Source of the DNA: Trichodelitschia bisporula
Taxonomy: Eukaryota
NCBI GenBank assembly: GCA_010356995.1
Contig: ML996690.1
Location: 747,420-811,419 of the forward strand
Reading direction: 5' to 3'
Length of the DNA: 64,000 nucleotides
Part shown: positions 13,553-23,866 of the stretch, piece after piece
Layout: the number at the start of each line of letters is the position of its first letter
Numbering within the stretch: the first letter of the stretch is position 1
Notes under the pieces: model-generated
Databases searched by the model: none
What the model was told of the DNA's origin: nothing
Seen by the model: only the letters and a program-made list of their open reading frames with translations
Translations under genes and position numbers: made by a program

Positions 13553-13603
13553 GATACGGGGCAGGAGCGCGGATACGGGGCAGGAGCGTGGATACGGAGA
13601 GGA
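13553..13603. repeat. 19-bp tandem repeat GATACGGGGCAGGAGCGYG, about 2.6 copies, between the convergent ACAD and OXA1 3' ends
   Basis: Read directly from the sequence. Confidence 0.85.
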
Positions 13604-13754
13604 AGTAACATGAAAAGGAGATCAGTTACCCTTCAACATTCGCCCATCAGCGGGGATCATGATTACATACAAAGTACATCGTACTCATACAAACCCACGC
13701 CAACCATATGCACACGAGCATGCGTTTTTACCAACACCACCTGTATCTACCCAT

Positions 13755-15330
13755 CTATTGCCTCTGCCGCATCATCTCCTCCGCCTCCTTAACCTCCTGC
13801 TTCCGCCTCTTCTCATACGCCTCCGCCGTGCGCAAAAACTCCGCCGTCCGACGCGGGTCCTTCGACTTCTTCTGCCCCCCCGCCTTTTCTAGAAACTTAC
13901 CAAACTCCTGCTTCGCGCCCTTGAAGTCCGAAATCATGCCCTCGAGCGCACCCTTGCTCTTCTTCGCTTCAGCCGCGGTCGGCACCTTGCCCGCCGCGGT
14001 AAGCGTGCTCTTCACCGTCGGGGCCTTGTAGCTTTGGATGACGTTGAGGCGCGACGGGGTTGTGGGCCTCGACGACACGGCGGAGACGTTGATGACGGAC
14101 CCGAGGCTGGGATTGGCGCCGGGCTTAACAACGAGGGGAGCGAGGCCTAATGCCCGCCTGACGTCGGGGCTCTGCAGGAGTTGCGACTGGATGACGCCGA
14201 AGAAGAGGGAGACGAGGAAGCTGAGCTGCAGGGCTACGGGCATGAATGCCGTTACGGTGCCAAAGACGCCGGGAACGACATAGAGCATCATTGGCTTCAT
14301 GATGCCGGATACGACTTGCGCGCCTGACTCGCCGCCGCGCTGGGCGAAGTTAGCAGTGACTTGGAGAGAGACATGAGAATGACCTACCCGTCCGAGCATG
14401 TGGAGGACACCCACGAACATTAGAGGTAAGATGAAGTACGGATCAGTTTGTGTCAGGTCCGAAACCCAAAGGAAGCCCCCCGTTTCCAGGCCCGGCACGG
14501 GGAGGACCGACATAGCCCTCAGCAGCTTGAAGGTACAGAAGCCAAATACTGTCTGCACTAGCATGGGGCCGTACATCCACTTGTAATCCAGACCAGCAAA
14601 GATACTGATTCCCCTCAGCTCTGATAATAGCTTCTGTTGCCCCGCCGGGTCCTGATTCTGCTTCGCGACATCCATTGCGGCTTTGACCCTATCCATTTCC
14701 CCCTTAAGGGCCCCCATCTTCGCCATCTGGTCGGATTGTTTGACATATGGGTAGATCATAGCAATACGCCAAGCCGCGGCAGTCAGGGCAATAGATGCCC
14801 ACCAGGGTGTACCGGCGTAGATATGAACGTGCTCCAGTATCCATTCGATCATGCTTGTGGGGCCCCATCCATAGTCAAGTCCCAGCTCTTTCAGGAACCC
14901 GATTCTCTCCGGAATGTCGACGACATGTGGGAGGTCGATGGGAGTTGTGGATATGAAGTCTGGGAGCGGCTCGAAGGTGGGGGTACTCGCATCGGACGGA
15001 GAAGCGGGAGGGGCAGTGGCAGCGGTATCAGAAGGTGGGGACGGCGCTGTCGACTGGAAACGGCGAGGTACGGAGGAGAGTGCGGAAGCACCTAGTGAAG
15101 GAACTAGACGTCCTGCCTGCACCTGGGCGAACAATGCTCCCCGAGGCGACACGCGCTGCGAGATTACAGTGTGCCTTGCGGGCGAGTTGGAGAACTGGAA
15201 CAGTTAGATGAAGGCCGCTGGGTGCAATTGTGTGGCAAACCTGTCGTGTAAAGGTAGATTGGAAGCCCGAGGGCCGTACAAGGCGGCTCGCCGTGGCGGA
15301 GGCATAGCGCATGCCTCTGCTGGGAATCAT
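13755..15330 (-). CDS. OXA1: Mitochondrial inner-membrane insertase Oxa1 (YidC/Oxa1 family); 3 exons
   Basis: Arg/Ser-rich presequence MIPSRGMRY; IGFLKELGLDYGWGPT; HIYAGTPWWASI; PVPGLETGGFLW..DLTQTDPY; basic C-terminal tail. Confidence 0.93.
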
Positions 15331-15635
15331 TGTCGTGGCATGCAAAATCTCGCTCGGAGCATCATGAATTTGCTCGGTGTTGGCGTTGCAACGGCCAGAC
15401 CCCGACGATTTCTGCCTGACCGATATTATGTGGGTGCCTTAACGCCTTAAGTAACGACGGGGCTTCATGACGGATGGCCAGCATCACTAGTTCTACACAA
15501 GCAAATATCATATGGCCATGAAATCCCGACTCAAGGCTTAACACCCTGAGATCACAGGTTATGCTGTCACTTTATCAAAGTATAAGAGATATCATCAAAT
15601 TATACACCACAGCAGCTACCGTACTACATACACGC

Positions 15636-17267
15636 CTATATCAGAGGAACGGTCGGCTTCAACACCCACGCACCACGCTCGATACTGTTCACGAAGATGT
15701 ATCCGCTCTTGAAGTACGAATAGCTACTCCACGTCCCCACAAACTCAGTCACACCTCCTCCCTCTGCTTTATCGTCCTCAGGGTAGATGTCGAAAAAGCC
15801 GACTTCAGTAACGCCACCGCCGGTGGGGTCCGACGGGATGCTCCGTACATCAAGAATGCGGAGACCGGCGCCATAGTTGCTCTGGTACGCGAACCCTTCG
15901 TGTACATACATATTGTGATCGATGCTGTGCGCCGTGGACCGGAAGTAGCCCGTCTGCTTCGGCTGCTGGAGGTTGCTGATGTTCCAGATATAGGTGACTG
16001 CGTAACCATCCTCAGCAGGGCCTTCGCCGTTGACCTCGTCGTATTCATCATCCATGAGGAGCCATTCCTGATTGTTCGGATCGAGAACCCAGCCTTGGTG
16101 AGTGTACGATGCGCCTTCGTACGAAGTCCGGGAGACGATGACGGGCGCCGTCTTCTCGGTGAAGTCGTAGATGGTCATCTTGTTCTCGTTGTAACCGTAG
16201 CAGATTTCATGGCCCAGGTACCTGCTGTCGGGACCTCTGTAGATCAGACACTGAGCGTCGTGAACGTAGCCATCAGCAGAAGCGCAGCCAGAAAACGTCG
16301 GGTTGGCGACATCGGTCATGTTGATGGCGATAATTCCGCTGCGGCAGGTGTCATTGCGAGGCACCGCGCCCACTTTGCGGAGAAGGTTAGCATAGCTCCA
16401 GGCTAAGGGGAGTTCCATGGGGCATACCGGAGTAGATGAAGTTCGACTCAGGGTTGGAAACAACATTGTGAGTGCGCCCGACAGGCAAGTCCTTGTAGTG
16501 GCCGGTGAGGTCCTTGAGGTTATCAAAGATAACGGGACTCGCAGGGTCAACCTTGAGAAGCTGTATACGTCAGTTACCGATACGAGACTCTCCAAGTGCT
16601 GCTCACCTTCTTCATGTCGAAGATCTGGATACCGTGCTTCTCCGCCTCGCTTCCGATGGCGACGTAGTCTTTAAATCCTCTGATCTCGCGCCAGACAGCT
16701 GGCTTCGCATCGGGATACTGCGCCAGGCGTCCCAGATACAGCATCTTGCCTTCCTTGTTGATCTCAACAAATGCGGTACCATCGGCCTGGCCAATGGCCA
16801 CAAACTCGCGGCCTTCGGGGGACGTCCAACCCCAGGAGGATGAACCCTGGCCGGTTTTGCTACCCAGGTCGGCATGACTCTTGAAATTGTAGAGATCCAT
16901 CTACGCCTGTGATCAGCTCCGTTCCGTTGACATATCTGCGTTGCTCACGTTCTTGCATTTGAACGTAACCATGGCGTCTCCCGGACTCGCTACCGCGAGG
17001 CCATTGACGCAGGGAACAACGCTAGAAATCTCCTTGTACTTCTTGGAGTTCAACCGGCCGAGCTGTTCTTGCCTCTGCCAAGTTTTCTTTGGAAATCAGC
17101 ATTTGTCGCGGACTGGACCTGTGGATGCTCACGAATTTCAAGGCCATGATCTCTTCCATGACCTGGCCAGACTCGTACATCGCCGCCTTAGCTTCGTTGA
17201 CGGCCATTTCTTTGCCTAGCACAAAGCTGGCCAGCGCCGCAGCGCCGAGGATCCGAAGCAACACCAT
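15636..17267 (-). CDS. Secreted choice-of-anchor B family (LVIVD-repeat, 'regulatory P domain') protein; 5 exons
   Basis: Signal peptide MVLLRILGAAALASFVLG. Motifs SSSWGWTS..GREF..IGQ.DG, WREI, IGSEA..HG.QIFD, DGYVHDAQC.IYRGPD, YTHQGW, DDEYDE, SIDHN, YQSNY.AGLR and GTWSSY.YF.SG. Confidence 0.88.
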
Positions 17268-19237
17268 ACTGAAAGGAAGAGACTGAAGGGAGTGACGATA
17301 CGCGACCAAAGTTCAGAGGTGACGCTGAAGGGCTGGGCGCACGACGAAGGGAAGATGGCTGTACGTCTTTATGTGACTTTGCAATCGTCGCCCCCGGGGC
17401 ATGGCTCGAGATAGGGCGGATACAACGGGCACTACCATGCCTATCCTTACCGCTTCGATAGGCACGGAACAAGGCCTTTCTCTGATATATGCCCTCCCGA
17501 ATGGGGAATGTGCCAGATGGGGTCCTCGGCGGAGAAATACATCGCACGGAATATAGCCCCGAGGGTGCAGATCTCGCCATGGGGGCGTCACTATAGCGAG
17601 CAAGTTCAAGAATCACGGACGATAGCGACTAGCAGAAGATGGTGCTGACAGCTTCTAGAACGACGAATAGGGAGGGAGGTCGTAAAGAGATCGTTTGGCG
17701 TTAACTCCAAACACCTCGGCTGTGAAGGTGAAATATATTGCTCCGCGCACGTAATACCTCCAACTACGGAACCCTGTCGTCCAAAGCTTCGACGAAAGCT
17801 TCATCTTGTGCTACAAGCGATTAGGATAGCAAGATGTTCATCAGCGAGCGTCAGCATGGGATGCAACCAAACCACGAGAGACATTCGTCATCGCTTGACC
17901 CCGGTTGCCTATCAGCCTCGCGAGCCGCGACTGTTGGGCAACTATCACATCACGAACTCGCGATAACGGAAATGAAAATGCCTCTATCCTCAAATTTGAA
18001 GCCCTTCCCGTATCAGTGACGGTAGTTTTGGGCTGGTTCCGGAATGGAGAGCATCTAGCCTCGTGGTCAGCTGCGGCATGTTGCAGGAGCTTAGAACTAG
18101 TCTCGCTCGCCAACGTTCGGTGCAAGGTTCAGCACCCGCATGCTGCAGGAACCGAGTCCTCTGCTATCTCATCGTGCGCCACCCCGTTAACTCATCGGAC
18201 CAGGCATCTCGGAGGTCTTAGACCCGGATCGAGTAGAGATATCTTGGCCCATGCTGGCCGTTTAGTGTCGATCCATTTGAAATACGGCTTCAGCCTTGCC
18301 TTGGGCGTTCGCGATCTCTACGCGATCCACACGGAATACACCCTTGGTGTGGCTGGGGTTCGTTCGAGACCGGAGCCTGGCTGCTATGGACTGGCCCACT
18401 CTTATCGACGAACGGTCGATGACATGGTCATTTGCTGCGGCCGTAGGCATACTGCACGTGGATGGCTCGCCAAGTGAGAACAACGCATTACAATGAGTGA
18501 CAGGAATTCTTTTTCTCGCCGGAAAATCAGCCTACGTCGAGCTAACCTAACTACTAACCCATTAGCACGACTGTTTCGTTATGGTCCAGCCCAGCCATAT
18601 AGAATGTTTCGCCGCCTCAAACCCCGTCCCACGCGAAAGCCGCCATCCCACCCTCCATGACGACGCCCGGGCGCCCGTGCAGCGCAATATGGAAAGGTTC
18701 CCGTGTCTGGCCGGCGCTTAAGTGCCGATACCTCGCTATAGGCGATTGATTGCACGGGAGAGATATCCGAGGGCAGAGCACAGAGCATGATCGCCGTCCA
18801 GCCGCGTCGGCATTGAATCGCGGGCGCGAAGGAAAATGGCGGCATTGGCGATGGAAGCTTGAGTAGAAGCCTGCGTGAGCATCCCGGTAGATCGAGTGCT
18901 TTGGGCGACTGGTGCCCTGAAGGCTGGACGTTCCTCGGTTGAGGCCGAGATGGAGGGGACTTGCCTTTTTGGGCGGCTGGCGACCTGGATGGGGAACTCG
19001 GCGACTAAGTTTATGGCATCGTGCTAATGCTACTTTCACTAAGCAAGAGAACGTCATGCACAAGACAATGCTAAAAAGGGTTATACGGAGGGGAATCTGC
19101 AAGTCTTTGGTACGGGCAACTTGGCCCTTCTAATTCAGCAACGGGCAAGCTAGACTACATAGACTAAAACACGAGCCTTAGACTCCAGCCTCGCGGTATT
19201 GACCTGACGTCCACCGCCCAAAGCCGAAAAGAAACAG

Positions 19238-19858
19238 CTACTTCTTCCACTTCAGCTCCTCAATCCTAACATCCTCCTTTTGAATCAACTGCTGCAACCA
19301 AGTATACATCCAAACCGTCCTCGCCAACCCCTCCTTATACCATTTATCCGCAGCCTAAGCCTTAACCCGCGTCCGATCCCATGTCCGCCGCTCATCCGCC
19401 AGGAACGCGATCCCATAGTTCGGGCCCTATCCCACCCGCAGGAAGAATTCTAGCTCGTGTCTACACACCCCCAAGCCACTTGAAACCTTACAGTCAAGGC
19501 AATTCTGCAGTTCACAGTGGCAACCAGTGGACTTGATGTATGGGAAGAGGGACCCCGTCACGCCCGGCCAGCTGGGATGGCGAACCAATCCAGGTCCAGG
19601 CATGGGAATCAACACCCGATCACGATTGCGCCATTCGGCATAGGCAGCTTTGATCTGTGCGCTGGACACTGAAGTCCGCCGCACGTAGGTTACTGGCTGC
19701 AGTTCTGCATTCGCGGCGACGTTCGGGGCTTTAGCCACCTGAAGCTCGACGTTTGCGGGTTGCTGATCTCCGCCGCCATTCCCGGGCTGCTTTATCAGGA
19801 TTTCGATACATATTTTCTGGGGGTTTCCATTATCACGATTACCATTAGGAGTCGCCAT
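19238..19858 (-). pseudogene. Probable pseudogene (or readthrough gene): a 207-codon frame interrupted by two in-frame TAG codons
   Basis: The frame from ATG 19858 continues in phase past TAG 19427-19429 and TAG 19355-19357 to TAG 19238-19240, with protein-like sequence and this genome's G/T-ending 3' codon usage. Confidence 0.55.
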
Positions 19859-20304
19859 TGTGAGACGAGTGGAGATTCTGCCTGATTCTGCGAAGTGGGT
19901 TAGACGGGAGATGGAGTGAGGTTGGTAAAGGGAGGTGTTCGGAGGGTTTCATATTTCTATAGTGTTAGCCCATCTGAATTGCGTTGAAGTGAGTGCTTGG
20001 AAGGGTGACAGCGGATGGACGGGCTGAAAGCAGTCAACCTCTGGTTCAACACTTTTGAGTCCAATAGAAATCCCGTCCCATCATAGAGGCATCAATTTCG
20101 CCCTCACAGAAGCTCCCCTCCAAGCGTCAGAAAACACAAATTCACAAACCCAAGGCACAGTATCGCCGTAAGCCATCATCTTCAGTTGGTTACTAGAGTC
20201 TATACCTAGGCCGGGTCAAGTAATACGAGTCTTGAATCTTCACGCCACAGACGCCATATCTCGGAAGAGCCACAAGCTTTTGAATCTCCGAAGATTAGAC
20301 CCAT

Positions 20305-21668
20305 TCAGAGCCACTTCTGCACAATCACGCCACCCCTTTTGAACTCCGGCAAGTCACCCAGTTGAGCCGCCTTGTCCTTCAGCTCGGTGCTCGGGAACGT
20401 CGTCATCAGCGCATAGGGACGCTGCTGGCTCGCCGGGCTGGAAGCCGACACAAAGTCGTAGACGTCACCGATGGTATGGTTGGTGTTGAAGCGCGACTGA
20501 AGGCGCGTGCCATCACCTAGGCGAATCTGCAGGCTGATAACCGGCTGCGAGCTGTCGATGTTGAGTGCAGCAGGCGACACACCAGACGCCGACGAGGAAG
20601 AGGCACCAACTTGCGCAGGCGCAGCAGACGAAGACGAAGATGCAATTCCGGGAGTCGGACTGCCGAGCCGGTTGCCACCGCCGGAAAACGCCTTGTACTT
20701 CTTCTTGGGCGCCACGTACGGCGTGTCCTTCTGATTGATCAGTTCCAGATCCACTTCCTGTCCACGCTCGACGTTCAGAAGATCGAGAGGCGCGCGACCC
20801 GAGTTGATCTGCTGCAGTGTAGCCGCGTTCGCAGGATCGTCGTAGCGATAGAGAGGGCCGTCGTCGACCGAGAAGCCATCCTGCCACAGGTTGAGCCGAC
20901 GGCGGACAGCCGGTGGACGCTGGCGGGGAGCGGGAGTGGGGTCCTCAATGACACGGCTAGGCTCGTCGTCACCTCCGAGTGTTACGCCCCGACCTGTGAA
21001 TCGGGAGGGCCGAGCCGCAGGCTCATCATCGCCACCGGGACGAGCAACGTTTCTGCGTTTGTCAGAATTATGAAAACGGTCAAAAGGAGTCCTTCATACC
21101 TCCGAGCACGCTCGAGCAAGCTGTTGACTGCATCTCTAGGATTAGCCGAATTCGGATTCTGCACCGCAAGGCCAGATTTCTCGCCTCCAGCGAAGTAGTC
21201 CTGATCATTGGGGTCATCGTCGCTATCTGAATGCGCATGACCATGACCATGGGCTCCCGGGTCGCCCTGCAGATCCTTCAAGGTCCGAAGTCCACGCTGC
21301 GGCTGTTTGGAACGGCTCGATGACGCAGGAGCAGCCGAAGAACCGGCCTGCGCTGAGGCCGGGCCACCTCCCAACGTCCTACCGCCACCAGGCACATGGC
21401 CGGCATCGGCAGAAGCTTCGTCCTCAGCGTCGTCCATGTCCGCGTCTGCGTCTGAACCCCAGTCCTCTTGTTCTTGTGCGGCAAACCAGTTGGCAACGGC
21501 TGTTTCGACATCCCAGTTTGCGGAAGCAAGAGCAGGGCCCGCCTAATCGGAGTAAAGTTAGTAGAGTACACGTGTTAGAGAAACACGAGTTTATACCTCC
21601 TCTGCGGAGGCTTGCGTGAAGCTGCAGAACTGCTGAATCAAGGCATCGTGATCAGCTTCCCCACTCAT
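20305..21668 (-). CDS. SHP1: Cdc48/p97 cofactor Shp1/Ubx1 (p47; UBA-SEP-UBX domains); 3 exons
   Basis: Motifs FAGGEKSGLAVQNP, LNLWQDGFSVDDGPL (SEP domain), AFSGGGNRLGSP, QIRLGDGTRLQSRFNTNHT and TTFPS (UBX domain). Confidence 0.95.
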
Positions 21669-22418
21669 GGTGGCGAGGTTACAACTGCTGTTTTGCTAAG
21701 CGTTGAGTTTACAAAAAGCCTTTGCTCTGGAAAGAACTTCTGACAGGCAGTCGATGGGGGAAACTGATCGGAGTGAAGAGTGAGTGATGGCGAGGAGTGA
21801 GGTCAGGGAGCTTTGACGGAGCTGTTTGCGAGCTCAAGGCGATGGAAGCGTCACCTGGAGCCTGGCCCGGCCAGCGGAGAGCGGGGGCGGGGCGGGGCGG
21901 AGCGCCACGACTGCCAAGCGGGTGGAGAAATAGCTGCCTCACGCATTGAGCTTGGGAAAAGGATATAAGCCCGCAGTGACGTAGAAGGACTTAACAAGCT
22001 TGTTAGGGGTAAACTCAATTACTTAGGTGACCCTGTATACCGAGTGAAGGCATTTATCTATTGCGGCTTGTGGTCTTATGGTCATGGAAACCTGCCTTTC
22101 GACAGCGGGGAAGCGGCTTGCGTGCGGCAGTTACTTTTTTACCCGCATGAGCGCCAAGGGCGTCCACCTTGCGATTGCCTGGGGCAGAAATATCAACACC
22201 AAAGACAGCCGGCTTGGAATCGCAAGCGGCACCGGAGCATCTCTCGCGACGGTTGTCATTCTTCCTTCTTATCACGTTCTTTGGGAGCCACAGCGACTTA
22301 CGAGGTCCTCCTTCATCCGATTACGCGATATTTGTCGCCATTCGGCCCTGCGATTGCGTCGTCCTCCGCACCCCTCCCACTTCTCCGCCACCATCTCCGA
22401 CATCCACATAGCGCCGAG

Positions 22419-22870
22419 ATGGCCTCCAGTTCCCCCAGCGGTCCCAGCGATCTGACGCAATCCGGCGTCACCATCCCATCTGACAGCGAGATCTATGAGG
22501 GCAACAATGAGCTCTCCTCGTCGCCTCCCTCGTCTTCACCGCTCATCCTCTACTCCCCGCCTAGCGCCTGGGGACTCTTTCGCGGCGCCGTGATCAATCT
22601 CTTTCTCCCTTTCGTCAACGGTCTCATGCTTGGCTTTGGCGAGCTCTTCGCTCACGAAATGGCGTTTCGTCTGGGCTGGGCCAACACAAAGGCATTACTC
22701 CAAGTTGTGTATTGCTGGCATTGGGCACTTCTGACTATCTTTTTCAGGTCTTCCCTGCGTGGCGGAGCAGCACACGGAGTGCCGGCCCCGGCGTCGAGAT
22801 TAGGAACAATTCTAGCAGCAGCCGGCGGAAGCTGTCTGAAGACTTGGACCTGTACACCAGCTTGGAATGA
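22419..22870 (+). CDS. MIM1: Mitochondrial outer-membrane import protein Mim1 (Tom13); 2 exons
   Basis: INLFLPFVNGLMLGFGELFAHE.AFRLGW signature. An intron ending CTGAC..TTTTCAG at 22747 gives exon 2 VFPAWR...YTSLE*. Confidence 0.92.
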
Positions 22871-23179
22871 ACGGAAGCCATCGACTGTTCCCCCAATGTA
22901 CATACTGTCATACTCCTCATCTCGGCGCCAATCTCCCATTTATGCCGCGTGGGGTTGTGGGACATATCAGGAAATAGACGGAGCATATGGCACACTCGAA
23001 GCAATGAATAAGTTATAGTTAGGTGACACCGAGGTGACGTTGTAGTTGTTGGGATTTTCTACCACCATTTAGGCCTGGCCTCAGTATCGAGGTATTGGAG
23101 AATCACTTCTCACAGCTTACCACTAACCTTGCTTAAGGACATCGCGATAAGCCGTGGAGTACGTATTCGCTGCAACTAA

Positions 23180-23226
23180 GGCCACCCGACGGGCCACCCG
23201 CCGGGCCACCCGTCGGGTCTCCCGTG
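23180..23226. repeat. Tandem 12-bp repeat GGGCCACCCGNC, about 4 copies
   Basis: ggccacccgac gggccacccgcc gggccacccgtc gggtctcccgtg, read directly from the sequence. Confidence 0.9.
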
Positions 23227-23866
23227 AATGGTATCCCCCTGGCAATTGACGCAGCGCACGAATAACTCTCATCAACCGATCTCGAGTCTAATAACAGGAA
23301 CTTGGGTTTATAGATCCATTCGGACGTGGCTCAAGAAGCGGGGAAGCTGCCTGGCATTCGGTGGCAGCGAAACAGCACGCCACACCCGCCATCGAAGAAT
23401 CACATTTTACGGGATGAGTGTCGTCCTTGATTTCCGGCTCATACTTCCACGGGTATCAGTGCAGCGGGGTCATCGTTACTCGCGGCTCCGACGGGACGCG
23501 GCCGGACGGGAGTCAAGCATGTCGCCAAACAGTACTGTAAACATCAGGTCTGGACAGCCTCACGAATCCCCGCACCTTCTAGGCCTTCCATGCCGCCTTA
23601 TTCGGGGAGCCGTAAGGCGTTGCGCATACTGCCTAGCGTCTGCAACTTTTTTCAGCTCTGACTGAAGTAAGCTGCCGGGTTGCGACACCAAATGGAGGGG
23701 CCTCAACGCTGCGCGTTTCACCTGTTGCTTCAATCTGCGGAGCAGTGACACCATCTGCACCGTTACTTCCACGGTCCCTGGCCGTGTCGCACAACCTTAA
23801 ACGTCAATTTGGATTTTTATATTCTGTCTTCCTCCCCTCTCGCATTGTGACATGGCTAGCTAAATC

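Noticed and set aside
17300..19230. Telomerase RNA candidate, suggested by gap size and CTAAC repeats (the 27800-30800 gap was also considered)
   Set aside because: I found no intact TAACCCTAA template on either strand and could not recognise an Sm site plus splice-site 3' end.
19238..19858. Genome-wide reassignment of UAG as the explanation for the in-frame stops
   Set aside because: Conserved genes in this window (P450, ACAD, NMO, VMA1, MCM5) end properly at TAG.
22044..23018. 324-aa ORF as the MIM1 product
   Set aside because: It is a fusion of 5' leader, exon 1 and a retained intron; Mim1 similarity starts at ATG 22419.
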